A stretch of DNA of 64,000 nt, from NCBI RefSeq assembly GCF_964204645.1, contig NC_134032.1:1546416-1610415 (forward strand). The letters are read 5' to 3'. The notes beneath the pieces are model-generated. The model did no database searches. It was not told the origin of the DNA and saw nothing but the letters and a program-made list of their open reading frames with translations. Shown here piece after piece: positions 1 to 15,226 of the stretch. This DNA is from Tubulanus polymorphus (taxonomy: Eukaryota; Animalia; Nemertea). The stretch's first letter is position 1; each line of letters starts with the position of its first letter. Made by a program: the position numbers and the translations under genes.

Positions 1-2357
1 CTCTGAGCGATCGTTTGATCAAGATGGCCGCCAGGCAGTTAAACGGGAGTTGCTAGAGCACTGTTTCATATCAAATAAACACGGCATCCATTGTTCGCAG
101 CAACAAGTATTATGAATATAGGGGACTGTGGCAATCGAGGATCCACCAGGGGCGCCAGTGTGAAGTCGAACTTTTGCGGGTAAAATACCCGAACGAGTAT
201 TATGGAAATTGCTGGATGCCGAAACTTCAAGTGTTTTAAATCCAACTCAAATTATACCGATATATGACCTACTTCCACGGCGCCACCTACCGGGATAACC
301 GATTACAGCCACTCGAAATGGATAGATTTACGAACTGGAAGTATAAATGAGATTTAGACTAGGTTTAAGAGAGCCACGCGTTGCTTATCGTTTCACCAGT
401 GAGACCAGTGTCACTAATTCAATCGACGAATATGGAGAAACGACGAAAACGTTAATTACAGAATTCGTTTGAATATAAAGAATAACTCTGTTTCGTGATC
501 TATTTTTTCTTCTCGGCGAAAAAATAGAATTTCAGATTTTACCACAAATCATTTTCCAACCGTTTCACCGAAAAATAGAATTCCTACACATAATAATTAA
601 TTCATCCTTTCTCCAGCTTCCTTTCTCTCCTCACGTTACACTTCACACCTACCGCACACACGCACGCGTGCACGCACAATTTGCGTGCACGTGCGTTGTA
701 TATTCGACACACGCAAATTTAAATCACCGTTAATAGTCCCGCACGCGGTTGGAAGTTCGCCGATAGAGTGCGCCCGCGGCTGGTCCTCAAACCCCCTACC
801 TCTCTCTTACTGTTACACCTCTTATGTTTGGAAGTCGATGAAAATCCATATCTTATTTTCTCCCATCTATTTGAACCAACCGGCGCATATTTCCGGGGAG
901 GATCCTAGCTGCCAGTGGCTGAGTGTACGCATATTATATCACTTTAACCAAAAATTCTGGTGTAAATTTAAAAAAAAAATTGTGTGGTGAGGTTTTCTTC
1001 TAAAACCCCGTGTGCGGTGCGCATCGTGCTGCGCGCGACCCCTGCTGGCGACTCTAGGAACTGGTTCCCGGTAGCGGAACTCAACCGCGGGTCAATCACG
1101 CGAACACCTAATATCTATATATATATATATATACTACTACTAATTTGCATATTGGAGGCATATTTTTAAATCGGGTTGTTTTCGTTTTTTCGTTTTTCTC
1201 TCTCTCGCTCGATTCTGCCACGTTGTTGCCTTGCGTTACGGTTCTTCTTGTGTTTATAGGTAAGTATCCAACCCGGCGACCCGCGCGACCTCTCTCGGGG
1301 TTGATGAGTATTACAATTATCATAAATTATCCGAGAAGGGCCGAAACACTCATCCTACCCTCCATCCCTCCCCCTCGCCGTTGTCATGTAACCCATATAT
1401 ACTTATATTATGACCAGCATCCTCCCATATGTTATACCCCCCTAAACTTTAGTTTCTATAGACCAACCTGGCATGCTTGTTCTAGTGTCACATTTGATAT
1501 CATATAACACACATATATATCTATATTAACATATATTCTAGTGATTTTGAATGATGATTTTGATTTGATATTTTAGAGTATTGTTGATTTACTAACCAAA
1601 TACTGTGAATTGAATTCGAGTTGCGAACAGCAACCAGTCAGATCGGTGCATAAATACACGGTTCCTACATCATCCCTATTTCAAGATCGAATTCAGTAAA
1701 GATTATGAATTCTTAGTTGATGTTGAGTTATTGTTTGTTCTGTTCTGACTGGTTGTTCATCTGTCGGTAGGAACAATATTTACTGCCAGACCTGTCCTAG
1801 TATTACAGTCACACTCTCTACTCGTTCCTGCCGGCGTTTAAAACGTCACTTAATTCTAAATTGGACCCTGAGCATTCACAACTGCAGAACTCTGCAAGGA
1901 GCATTGAAATTAGTGATAGATTTGAAAAATGATCTATGAAAATAGTTTCATGGCGTCTGTAGTTGATTTTAACGTTGTACGATTCCTCTGCCCACCAGCG
2001 CCATCTACGTATTGTTTCCTGAACTTGTCGTTGATCACGTGTGCGCCCTCTCCCGCATATTGTTGGCAGATTGCTCTGTAGTTGTGCTCGTTTGAGATCT
2101 CACTGGGGAGTCCATATTTTTAGATCTCACTGGGGAGACCATATTTGATAGCTGGATCGATTTGCACAGTTATGATTATTGAATTCAGTTCTCAACTCAG
2201 TTATATGGGTTTCGACTCTCCCGGATTCTTGCTTGGAACGACTCCGGATCCAGTTCCACCAATATGTGGACTTAATTTTATTCCTGATCCATTCCCACTG
2301 TTGTTTGGGTTTAAACTCGACCTTGGGTCCGATCCAGTATGCGTCGGTTTTGACTCC

Positions 2358-2745
2358 GAATCCAGTTCCACAGTTGTGTGGGTTTAATTTGACTCTGGAC
2401 CCAGTTCCACAGTTGTGTGGGTTTAATTCGACTCTGGATCCAGTTCCACAGTTCTGTGGGTTTAATTTGACTCTGGATTCAGTTCCACAGTTGTGTGGTT
2501 TTAATTTGACTCTGGACCCAGTTCCACAGTTGTGTGGGTTTAATTTGACTGTGGATCCAGTTCCACAGTTGTGTGGGTTTAATTTGACCCTGGATCCAGT
2601 TCCACAGTTGTGTGGGTTTAATTTGACTCTGGATCCAGTTCCACAGTTGTGTGGGTTTAATTTGACTCTGGATCCAGTTCCACAGTTGTGTGGGTTTAAT
2701 TTGACTGTGGATCCAGTTCCACAGTTGTGTGGGTTTAATTCGACC
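2358..2745. repeat. 39-bp minisatellite, ~10 copies
   Basis: unit ctggatccagttccacagttgtgtgggtttaatttgact. Confidence 0.95.
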
Positions 2746-2853
2746 GGACACTCTGTCACAGAAAAAAATATAAAGTGAAATAAATCCCGAATAAAAAAAT
2801 TCACGTCGCATTCATATGGTGTGTTTAAAATGTACAACTACTCTGCATTTCAG

Positions 2854-3221
2854 GTGCGTACCCGTGTTTACAAGTGGACTTTCACTTAAAACGTGATATC
2901 GGTTACTTCCTCATACAAGTGTACATACCGAGTATCCTGATAGTGATTCTATCGTGGGTGGCATTCTGGATTAATATCGAGGCGATACCAGCCCGCGTAT
3001 CGCTGGGACTGTTAACCGTGTTAACTATGACAACTCAGAGTACAGGAGCCCGGTCGTCTCTGCCTCGCGTATCCTATATCAAAGCTATCGACGTGTGGAT
3101 GTCGATGTGTTTGATATTCGTATTCGCTTCGTTGCTCGAATTCGCCGTCGTCAATGTCTTCTCCCGTAAAGAAATCAAAGTGAAGCGCATGCCGGATCCG
3201 GAAATGATACCGATGGGCGAG
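2854..3221 (+). CDS. Cys-loop ligand-gated chloride channel subunit (glycine receptor/GluCl-like), internal exon encoding end of loop C plus TM1-TM3; 5' exons lie outside the window
   Basis: tttcag|GT acceptor (phase 1), GAG|gtaagt donor (phase 0). Translation [80 protein letters not shown]; the PAR motif before TM2 indicates anion selectivity. Confidence 0.95.
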
Positions 3222-3653
3222 GTAAGTCGGGAAATGTTTATTATCGATTATTATCATTTTTTTTCTCGATTGTTCGTCGGATTTTTCACCGCTACTCACA
3301 CCCCACCTAGCGGCAGTTTGTTGCACGAGTATATTATAGACGCGTAGACGTTTTCTAATCAGAATATATGAGTAAAATCGACGAAGGCGCCGGTGGCGGG
3401 AAAACCTCGAACTAAGAAACAACAGGTCGCTTCAAATGTCAAATTAATCGATGACACATTTCAATAATTATCTCTAAATCAAATGATTCGAATTGGGGAA
3501 AGTTGGCCGATCTGAATTCAAACGGATTCCACGTCGATTTTGTTCAGATTTTGACGTCAATGCGAATGAAACTTATTCAAGCATTTGCAGCCTGTCTGAC
3601 AGACTAAAACATTGCATCGAAATAGAACCGGGTTGTATAAGCATGGATAGAAA

Positions 3654-4703
3654 CCAGACACTCCCTCGCTGTTCTCCGCTGTATCACGATACAGTGATAA
3701 GAACTCAGACACTCCCTCGCTGTTCTCCGCTGTATCACGATACAGTGATAAGAACTCAGACACTCCCTCGCTGTTCTCCGCTGTATCACGATACAGTGAT
3801 AAGGACTCAGACACTCCCTCGCTGTCCTCCGCTGTATCACGATACAGTGATAAGGACTCAGACACTCCCTCGCTGTTCTCCGCTGTATCACGATACAGTG
3901 ATAAGGACTCAGACACTCCCTCGCTGTTCTCCGCTGTATCACGATACAGTGATAAGGACTCAGACACTCCCTCGCTGTTCCCCGCTGTATCACGATACAG
4001 TGATAAGGACTCGGACACTCCCTCGCTGTTCTCCGCTGTATCACGATACAGTGATAAGGACTCAGACACTCCCTCGCTGTTCTCCGCTGTATCACGATAC
4101 AGTGATAAGGACTCAGACACTCCCTCGCTGTTCCCCGCTGTATCACGATACAGTGATAAGGACTCAGACACTCCCTCGCTGTTCCCCGCTGTATCACGAT
4201 ACAGTGATAAGGACTCGGACACTCCCTCGCTGTTCTCCGCTGTATCACGATACAGTGATAAGAACTCGGACACTCCCTCACTGTTCTCCGCTGTATCACG
4301 ATACAGTGATAAGGACTCAGACACTCCCTCGCTGTTCCCCGCTGTATCACGATACAGTGATAAGGACTCAGACACTCCCTCGCTGTTCTCCTCTGTATCA
4401 CGATACAGTGATAAGGACTCAGACACTCCCTCGCTGTTCTCCGCTGTATCACGATACAGTGATAAGAACTCAGACACTCCCTCGCTGTCCTCCGCTGTAT
4501 CACGATACAGTGATAAGGACTCAAGACACTCCCTCGCTGTTCTCCGCTGTATCACGATACAGTGATAAGGACTCAGACACTCCCTCGCTGTCCTCCGCTG
4601 TATCACGATACAGTGATAAGGACTCAAGACACTCCCTCGCTGTTCCCCGCTGTATCACGATACAGTGATAAGAACTCGGACACTCCCTCGCTGTCCTCCG
4701 CTG
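3654..4703. repeat. 54-bp minisatellite, ~19 copies
   Basis: unit cagacactccctcgctgttctccgctgtatcacgatacagtgataaggact; explains the ORFs at 3493, 3557 and 3604. Confidence 0.95.
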
Positions 4704-7379
4704 GTTCTATTAGTTTGCAAGACGACAGCGCTTAAAACGTTTGAACTAAATGCATGAATATTTTATCGTTAACTTTGTATGTTATGTAAAAATAATATAT
4801 ATAGGTCGCATCTGTCCTCCAAATAATCTGGGGTCAACCACGGGCCCGATATTGGGTTGCCGTGATGTTTGCGGCAGAGTATTATTATGTTGGATGTGTG
4901 TTAGATACTAATGTCTAGATTACTACTGGTAGTTGCCTCCATTGCTTCGCCGCGTTCAGACTCGTTTTCTAATTTTTTTTTAACGTAATTATAATTTTTC
5001 TGTTCTCTCCTCTATAAACATATCAGACCGACCTCGCTTTATAAAACCTATACCTCTCAATCTATCGAATACCTACTCGACTATTCACCCGCTGTTCAAA
5101 CTGTTTACTACCGAAAAAAATACACTAATTCTTATATCGATATCAACACAAAATATTGAATTCGTATTACCACCACGACGCGTGTGAAGCGTTCAATCTG
5201 AGCTTTTAGGTTATTTCTTTTCGAGGGCACTTCGATATAGATATTCAACAAAAACAGTGGCATTACCTGCACTTGAATATCATAGGATTCATTCCTGACC
5301 CTGCATGGATCTATATAGGTGGCGCTGCAGCTCATATTGTGTACGATGTGACGACGACGTCTTCAGGTGGTTCTCGGAACTATTGTTGTCGAATCTCCAC
5401 CCGCTTTTTAGTGTTATCGGTGTATTTTAGTTTACAACCGCTCTCTCCATAGATGTAGAATTTTCAAGTTCTTTCCGTAAAAACCGATCATCGTTTGAAA
5501 AAAAAACCGTCCAAAGAAAAAATAAACTTAATGTTTTCAAACGTTTTTTTCATAATGAAAAGATATTGTCAAAAATTCGCGTATGAAAGTGCAATAAGTT
5601 CTATTAAAACTCATAATAACAGTTAAAACAAAAAAAACAAAATAGATTTTGTCTGAAATTATAGCTGACAGGTTGTTTTTGAACGTCCAGTGTTTAAATA
5701 CCGCCGTCAACGACTGAATCTTAAACCGTGGTATTAAAACACTGTCACCGGCACTTGTGACGTATGAGATGCAAGCCCTAGTGACGGTACGAAGAACTAA
5801 CGTAAAAAAAGAACACCCGAACATGACCGACAGAAGGTCGGCGTTGTAAAACATTCAACATTAGGACCTACCTGCTTCTGGGAGGTACCTACACCGGTTT
5901 TAGATTGAGTGGAAGGAACAGCTGGTTTAGAGTGTTTTACAATCATTAAAAAAAGACGCCGATTTTGCAAAAACGCGAACATCTTTTTCTAGGGAGGACG
6001 ATTAATGGAGTCTCGACCGTTGTTTGGTAGCCGAAGAGGAAGTCCTATATTCGCACCTGAGGTTAGCATCCGTTTACATATATGTATTCATGTATATAAA
6101 CATATATACATATATTCATAAATATATTATGATTATTCATTATTATTATTATTATTATTGTTAATATGATTATTAGTATTATTATTATTCTTTCCTGGTC
6201 TTATTATCTCTAATTGTATCCCATTCAGTGTAAGAAAAAAAAAAACATTTATACATTTTGATATTACAATAATTTTGTTGTCCTAGAATTGTTCCTTCCA
6301 TGCTTTGAAAAAAAAAAACGGAAAGTGACGCGACTTAGAAAACAAAACCACGTCAAATAGTCGTTTATCATTCATCTAGATTATTATGTAGTCATAGTTC
6401 ATTTTCATTATTTTAATCTTTATTTCATTCAAATCCTTCAGAATCACTCGATCAATAATCTCTATATCGTGATCTCGAAAGAGGTTTCTTTACGAATTGT
6501 ATCATCACGTTTCCGAAATTGCGACGCGTAAAATATTGTCTGAAAATCAGTCGTTTTTTCCTGTGACTAATAATTGTAGATAGTTTGGCAACCACGGAAC
6601 CGCCATTCAGGAGACCAGGTAGTCCGATACACCACTACATAACGCGTTATAGGCTTCATGCGGCGAATTTATTTTTTTCTAATATAAGAAAAATTATATG
6701 GTGTTTGGTTTGGCTTGGCTGGTTAGCTTTTCTGAATTGATTGTACTTTTTGAACATAACGGGCATCTTGTTACTATAGCGGTTTGCATTTAAACTCAAC
6801 CTTCAAAACATAAATAGCGAATAACTAAAATTTATGAAATTCGGTTCACTTTTCATCGTATCCAATATACAAATTTCGTCGATCGGCGAATGTCCATTAT
6901 TCTCTACAGCCTGTTCTGAAATTTAATGTGGTATTTTTGGTTATGAATGCATCAATTCCTGGCTCTGTCCGTCTATCTATGGTGATGGTTAATTCATGAC
7001 TCTCGAATCCTGCCCGACCGGATATTACGTTTTACCGCATTATTCTTAATTGTTTTGGTTCGGGATTCTTTTTTTTTGTATTCAATGTTGATCGTCGTGT
7101 ATTCATTAAATTACATTACCAAAAATGGTGTTGTGTACGCCATCTATCGTCGTGATTATTTTGCATGCCAGAGGCGGTGTCGGCCAAATGTTTGTTGCAA
7201 AATCAAAACGATCGTATATCAACGTACTACATTCATACTTCGTGTCAAAACTATTTCCAAAATATGAAGGTCTTTAACGGGTGGAATATCTGAAGATTTA
7301 CCTGCCCCTCCTCAAGCCGATTGGTTTCTGGTTCACACACAAAACCTTTTCCAATCGTTGATTAAGTCGTATGGTTCGA

Positions 7380-7643
<264 letters not shown>

Positions 7644-8620
7644 GTCAATATTATTATCATCATCATACATATAGTTATGACAATTATCATTAATTATCTG
7701 ATTATCATTATTATGATTATTGTTATTATTATCACTATGATTATCAGAATTATTACACAGCATACTAACTGACTCTGCCGCACATTAACACCAGAGTGAG
7801 CCTCAGCACTAGTTCTTGACCGAATCTCGGTGCTTAACATAGATAGAACACCCGGTTTAACGTCTCAAAGCACGACTCAGTTCCGCAGAGTTCGGTAAAG
7901 TTAGTCGAATTAATGATTGTTTTAACCGTTGAGTGGAATTCTACCCGTGAATCGTCGGTCGCCGGTCGTGAATTGATCGGTCGCCGTGGCTTATGCCGGA
8001 TTCTCACCGCAGTTGCAGCCATTTTGATTTTATGAAAAAGTGCATGAATTACACATTTATAAGTGGGTGATTAAGTAATTGCTTTAATTAACCATACGCT
8101 TATCTGGCGAGCGGTTTTGTAGTGGTGCAATATATTTCAAGGCCAAATTAATGCTTTTTAGTTCCCGGTTGTTCGCCTGATCATGACGTCATCACCTGGC
8201 CTAATTTTAACTGTAGACTAGTGCGCGCTTATAGTGTGTTCTGTATCTAGGGTTAATTCGCATTAATTTCCACAAGGTGCGTTATCAATCTGATAGAAAC
8301 TCTGATTCAACATTCAGCGCCTGACAAACTCCAGCCGCTTTCACACGTCCACTATTTCGGCCCGTGTCGAGCTTGTCAAATTTGTCCCGTGTCGGATAAG
8401 AGGTAAAGATTTACATGTTTTGGCAAATAGGGCAACCGGAAATAGTCTCCACAATAATGACGTAGTGATAACGATAAGTTCTTTCGGCCAGATTATGACT
8501 TCCGGTAGATGTCGTTAACGTGTGTTCTCGAATTCTTAGCCGAAAGGAAAAACCAGCAAAAAAAAAACGCCGAAATATTTTCCCGGCCCAAACCTCTCGA
8601 TCTTCTTGTTTGTTTTGCAG

Positions 8621-8791
8621 GTGAACGTGATTGTGGAGAATGGACGGCAACCGCGAGCCACCAAGTCAATGATACCCGACCCGAAAGGAAAAGAAAAAGC
8701 GCGGCGCATCGATAAAATATCGCGGAAACTTTTCCCGCTGTCGTTTCTCATATTCAACGTAGTTTACTGGGTGGTTTACCTTATTACATAA
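8621..8791 (+). CDS. Cys-loop channel terminal exon A (loop end + TM4 + stop)
   Basis: ttttgcag| phase-0 acceptor; VNVIVENG...ARRIDKISRKLFPLSFLIFNVVYWVVYLIT*. Confidence 0.92.
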   Translation: MNVIVENGRQPRATKSMIPDPKGKEKARRIDKISRKLFPLSFLIFNVVYWVVYLIT

Positions 8792-11730
8792 ACAGTCGTT
8801 ACGTGGCGCCATCTAGCCTCGACTGGACGAAACGTTATAAAGATCGTCTGTCATATTCCGTACTGCGCCATAACCATTGAAACTGTTCATATAGTCGTCG
8901 ATAGAGGGCGTTGTGTGTCTGTAGCTTAGCAGATGACGCGGTCATGGAGAATCTGATTGGTCCGAATTCGTTTCGGCCAATCGATCCCTAAATATGGCCA
9001 CGAGGTTATTCAAAATGGCGGCTCAGTAACCGCTACGATAAATAATGTATTTTTGATGCGATATATTTTCTTGATGACGTCATGTGCGGTGTTTCCCGCG
9101 GTATCATCTGCTAGGCTATATGAACAACAGACAAATTATCCGCAACTGACCAGTGGCGACCTCTGTCGACAGCGCGTGTAGATTCATACAGTGCATATAT
9201 AGCTTAATGGAAGGCTAATGATTGTCGTTAAGAAAATATTGTGAATATTTAAAAAAAAACCCAAGGTAGTATAATATCATAAAACAATGTAACTTATACA
9301 ATGTATTTGTATATACAATATATAATATGTAGATAATAGTCTGCAGTTTTATAGACGGTTGATGAACTAGAACCGAACTTGGATAAATCGCTTTGAAATC
9401 TTGAAATCCAATCGTAAATTGGCGTTTGAACTTTGACCTTATTCGGCACATGCCGTCTATCTGGTAATACAAGAATTCGTGTTTAAATAATAATGAGGTA
9501 GGCCTACCGGCTACGCGACTGAGCCAACCGAGGATTCCACTTATGGCAAGTGAGGATCCGACAGGTGTCGCTTGCGATAACTCGGTCTTCCGGTTTGATT
9601 AATTTGTATTTCAGTTAAATCGAATTATTTTTTCCGATCAATGAAACGATTATTGACGAAAACTAATCATCCTTATTTTGACTACGGCAGACCGAGTGCT
9701 CGTCGTGCCATCTGGCGGGGGAATGGGGAATCATGGGTCGACTTCATCGAACTCGTCTTTGCCTAGGATCTCACGTTAAGAGACCTGTCTCTAAAACTGG
9801 TCTACAACTTTGTATTAGTTCCGAACCCATATAAACGCGTGTGATCGCGGTATGATCGATATTGCTTATGCCGGATATGCGTCGAAAAGATATCTGACAT
9901 ATGCCACAACCTTATAAAAAGTAAATGGGATGAAAATATGCAATACCCTTGCCAAAAAACGATGAATTAATGATTTGAGTAGATAGCTTCTAGAAGTCGC
10001 TTCTTTGAGGCGTTGGAAATGTTTTTTAAATTTTTCCCCGTTCAAATATAGCCTAACGTGTCTTCCTAACTAAAAACCTACACAATAAAATGACTGAAAG
10101 TGACCAGGAATTAATAATCGCGTGACGAAGCCATACATGTCACGTGATCAGCAGCCGCGCCGCTTTGATGTCAAACATCCGCCATATGTAAATAAATATT
10201 AGAAAATAGGCTTTGATTGTTTCATCGTGTTTATGCATACAAATCTAGGGAGGTCGTACTATCCAACGGGATTCGAACCTGATATGTGTGAGTATTGATC
10301 ATCCCTCACACCGGGACTCGAGCCGATCGAGTCTGAAATGTTATATCGGGTTCGAATCCCGAGCGCGCTGCGAAAATCCCGACCGCAACCAACGGTCCGG
10401 ATACGAGAACGTCTATCATTGAGAAACTATTCCCAGTTAGGAATGAAGAATAGCTTTGGCTCGTTCTTTGTTCCGTATTGAAATTGATAGGAATTAAGAG
10501 AATAATTTTTCGGTTCAGTTTTTTTTTTTTCAAAATCATGTTATCACTATCGTTAGTTATTGATATTAATTAAAACTGCTGACACTAATTAAAAACCGAG
10601 TCTTCGTTAGTGGTTTATGAAATATATTTTATGTATGTGTTAGTCATAATTTCTGAGAATAAATATAAAGTAACCCATTCATTGTTAAGCCGAAAAATCG
10701 GCTGGACGACATAATTATGCAAATCATTTAGATCTAGGTGGCAGCACCGTGTTCCCACAACGCATGCGGTAAAAAATCGTCCGAAAAAAAATCGATTCAT
10801 TTCTGCATCATAAAAGTTAATCAACTTTTTTTTTCTTTTTAGAAATTCTGAACAATCGTGTATACAATGGTTTTAAGGTTTTTAATTGTAATTTGAGGTC
10901 ATGGAATTATCTTCATTTTTTTAGTTAGGCTACGGTATTTTCATGAAATATGAAAAGGTTTTTTTCTCAAAATTACGTTCTTAAACTTCGTCGCTGTAAG
11001 CGATAAAATTGCAGCGAAAAATAGGACCGTGTTTCGTGATAACAACATCGATATTTCTTAGGGTTCACGTATATGAAGCTAGGGTTAAGATTAGGGTCGA
11101 CCCTAAGCTGTCCTGCTAAGCGGGCACCTGTTAATTTTTAATTCTTATGATAACCGATGTGTTAACGATGATACTCGTATTTTTGTTTTTGATCGTGTGC
11201 TCTCTCTCTCTGTCTCTACTTTCCTCGAAGCCTCGCCTGCCGCAGCCGAGTTCAATCTATAATAAGTTCGTGTAAACGGGTGTTGTGTATAAATATAACC
11301 GAGGTCGTTATGACTCTTAAACGAAGCGCTTCCTCTTTAATCATTGCAGCTGCTTTTTGCTAAACTATTTAAGACAATTCGATGTTGATAACTGAGCCTT
11401 ATGCGCGCGGTGTTCCTCGCGGGGATTTTACTGGTGACATCGTAGATTATAAAGGCTGTAAAGTCATTATCGATAAACTGCCGAGTATCCTCGTGATACA
11501 GCATATTTGAGAAAAAAACTTCAGTTGTAGGGACTCGAACCTGATACCATTAGATACGGTGACTTTGAGGGGTCTGAACTAGTATAAACCGCGGTACGTT
11601 ATCGATATAGTCGGGTTCGAATCCCTGCGATTGTGGATGGAAATTAGATTACCTTATTGTAACGAGAGAAATCCCACGATAAATTCCGCCAAAAACGTAA
11701 AGTCTCTATATTAGAATGATTATATTTCGA

Positions 11731-11773
11731 GCAACGTTTTCGAGCTAAATACTATTTAGCCATCATCAGGCGT
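11731..11773 (-). ncRNA. Isolated degenerate hammerhead-like motif (PLE relic)
   Basis: Minus strand CTGATGA-TG-GCTAAAT(agt)ATTTAGC-TC-GAAAACGTT; stem I weak. Confidence 0.45.
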
Positions 11774-14700
11774 ACTGAGTACTGAGATTGAATACATGTA
11801 GCTTTCCAAGGTTCCATGTATCTCAAGAAGGAATATCGATGTACTTGTAAAGATTTAGGAACTGAAACTGAGCTATTCGAACCCGATATCCGCAACTATT
11901 CCCGTTCGAAGAATGCGATAAGATTAAGTCCCAGCAGTTGTTAATGACTCGCACTAATTGCGACAGACGGCGCTGATAAATCTAATTTTGTTAGTAATGC
12001 GCGAAAAACAAAACAAATATACATATCAACTGATATATAGTTACGTGTTGAATTAATGTGTCCTTTGTAAAATATAACTTTGTTAATCGTGACTCATGGG
12101 CTCCAGAAGCGTAGGGCCCAGTTCTACAGTTTATATATATACCGCATAGCATAAAGTCATGAGTACAATATCTGTTTGCGTGTACCAGTGTTACCAGACC
12201 TCGAGTAATACAGTTAACTCTGCTTCCGTTTAAAGTCGAGAAAAACAGATTCTAAAACTGCACAATATGAAATATGATACGATAGCTGTTCGAGTAACAC
12301 GTTTTCTCTTGCATAGAGACCACAGCCGATGATAAGTGCGAGGTTATTAAACGATGTCGATATAAATCGCCCCGCTTCCTGATTTTTGTAAAGTATGACA
12401 CTTGTGTAGAAAAAAAACCGGTTTATAATGAAATAAAGATCATGTTACACCATGTTTATCGTAAAGCCGTATCTTCTTGTTTATCTATGCTTTTTGATTC
12501 CAGTTTCACACTGATCCACGAGGAATCGGACCGAACTTCGTGTTAAAACCAGTTTAGGCACGGTAACACTTGCATGGCCCGATTCCAGAGTCAGTGTTTA
12601 AGCTCCTGCTGGCTGAGGTTGGACTGACATAAATTCGATCAATTCTTTCATATAGGCAGTGCATATTTGTTGACTCAATATAAGTCCAGAAGCCGGATTG
12701 ATTCAGGAAGGAGATCATCTTAAGTCTTGATTCTGGAACGAAGCTTTCGGCGCTATTTTACAAGCGATTCAAATAAATCTTCATAATCAATTGGTAACAA
12801 AACTTGTAAAATACTTAATCCGATGCTCGCCCAACACGGGAGGATGGGGTGGGGGTTGGTGGCGAGCCGGGTCTGACGTGCTATAGTCAGGTGCACTACT
12901 CAGAGATAGTAAGCATTAGAATGAGGCCATATTTCAGACCAGCTCTTGTTATCGAGGAGGTCAATGAAGTGGAACAATTCTATCTTAATTACTAAACTAA
13001 AATTACACATTTTTAAGAACTATTCCGAAGTCCATCAATGTACATCGTTCTAAACCTTTCTTCACATCTTCAGTTTATTCATCTAGTTTTATCTTTTGTA
13101 TCTTCAGTATTCTTGGGGAGGACCTCCACCTTCTCTTACCCGCTCTCTTCTCTCTCTTCTCTCTCTTCTCTCTCTTCTCTATCTCTTCTCTTGGATTCTT
13201 CTGTTGTTTGTTTAACTCTATCTACAAGGAGCGTTTTGTACAATGACAATTCCATATGTCATTATATCCTATACCATAACCTGATCTTCCGGGAAAGATT
13301 TCTCTATTTCTTTATTCTCTCTTTCTCTCACTCTCTTCCTCAATCTGATTCAGTTCATTCCGATAACGTAGTCTGCAGCGGAGTTTCCTCACGTGTCGCA
13401 TTAACCCCCTGTTTTTCATTTGCATGAGTATCTCTAATCGACGAAAAGTAGCGCGGAACATTTTCCACGAAATTCTCGGCGCGGTTTTCACGATACACGC
13501 AGAACTTCGCCGTTTCGTCGTCCGTTAGTTTCAATGTTATCTACGACTAACCCTTGTTTGTCTCTTATCACTGACACTTTTTCCTGGACACTGTTAATTA
13601 ATAACACTCGATATTGTAGATATTATTGTACTAATCACAATTATTAGGTGTTCGCTCGTTGTTCGTTATTCATAGAAGGCACCACTTGTCGTTCCGTATT
13701 GCTTTTGGTTCGATTTTCGTGGCTGTATTTTAAACATGAAAGATTACTCGCAGTCAAATCGTGATAATGAATTAATATTTAGTAGATAATATTTCGATAA
13801 TAGTCTCACCGAGTTCACTCTACCGTTCGGTTTGCCAGGGTGGCATTTTCAGTTTTTACTTACGTTAGAAACGACTGTGCTATCGTCTGATTTCCGTGGT
13901 TTAACAGCCGTTTCTGAATATGTCCGATATAAACCACGGTTTCTCAATCAATTTCACGCATTATGACTTATTTGCATGATTTCTGAATTCATAGATATAT
14001 TCAAAACACTGTGTATTTCGATTTCTGAAGGTTTCGCCGGATGCCAGATTTTCCAGGTGTAGATGTCAGATCTATCCGGGCCCGGTTTCACGAACGGGGA
14101 TTAACCATTAATTCGAATTAAGGGATAATTCGAATGAAAAATGTTTAAATCGAATTAGTTAATTCGAAGATTAAATCTGTTTCACAAACGCGAATTAGCG
14201 AAAAATTCACTAATTATCTCGATTTGTCGAGATGCAGAACAAAAAGCTGTTAATATATAAATCTGAAGCCTATCAAAAATGTTTCGCATACTCAGCATAG
14301 GTGAAATTGACCAGAGTTGAAATGAACTGGGACAACAGTTTGTTATGGGGAGAGAAACCGAAATTAAGGTCACCACTGACGGAGGAATTGAAGTGTGAAT
14401 TCTATGTCCACGCAGTGTAATAAATACAATCTCGCAATTTGACTTAATCCTAAATTGTAACATTAGGTTACTTTAGCCGATGATTACACGAGACAATATT
14501 CTAATCAAAGGGCGATTTATATTTATGATAATTCGATCTTTCAAAACAGTTGAATTTGAAAAAATTCGGATGATTTTTAGAAGATTACACAAACAGTTAT
14601 CCATGTATATTCAGGCGTAATACCGATAGTCTAACCGATATTATATATATAAAACACTAGGTTACCCCTGTACAAATTTCGACTAGATCTTTTAGGTTAT

Positions 14701-15226
14701 TTTGATGGCATGATATAATGACTTGTTTAATTGTTATCTTTTCTATCATAAATCCACGGATTCATCGCATCCAAATCGCAACATATCAATATCCAACTTA
14801 TATCTGATATTTTCGTCTAATTAGCCGTTTATAGATAAAGATATTGATTACAGAAGGAACGGTTTTATTATCGAGTTGTTCTGTTGAACTGACCGAATGA
14901 AAAAGCCGCCATCTTGATTTCGATTAATTAAACGGCACAACGTTGTTCAAAATATATTTTCAGTTAGCAATTGCGACAATTATATCATAGTTAAACATCT
15001 TATCGATAGTTTCAATCGGAATGATAATTCCTCGTAAAGACGGGTTGATTTACGGAGAATAAGGGCCTGAAGTTTTTCCCCGAGAGACGGCTTTTGGCGA
15101 CATCCAGCCTGTGAACCATAACTCCAGTGTGGAGTATTGGTAGAGTCTCCCGAACGTTGGTCAATGGATGGCCACTTTGGTGTGTATGGCAAGTTCTATG
15201 GCACTCCATATAAACTATCTCACCAT

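Noticed and set aside
2127-2837. Cys-containing repetitive ORFs
   Set aside because: Artefact of the 39-bp minisatellite.
3222-3410. Docking/selector pairing (cgggaaa versus tttcccg near the terminal exons)
   Set aside because: Only 7-10 nt, and partly forced by Phe-Pro codons; would need covariation across species.
3493-4668. Long ORFs of 391, 356 and 306 aa
   Set aside because: Translations of a 54-bp minisatellite, open in several frames on both strands, inside an intron.
11059-11106. Interstitial telomeric repeat
   Set aside because: Only isolated TTAGGG hexamers, not tandem.
13436-13480. Possible fourth TM4 exon (ID..KVARNIF)
   Set aside because: Needs a frameshift; no FN..YW motif and no matching acceptor or ENG start.
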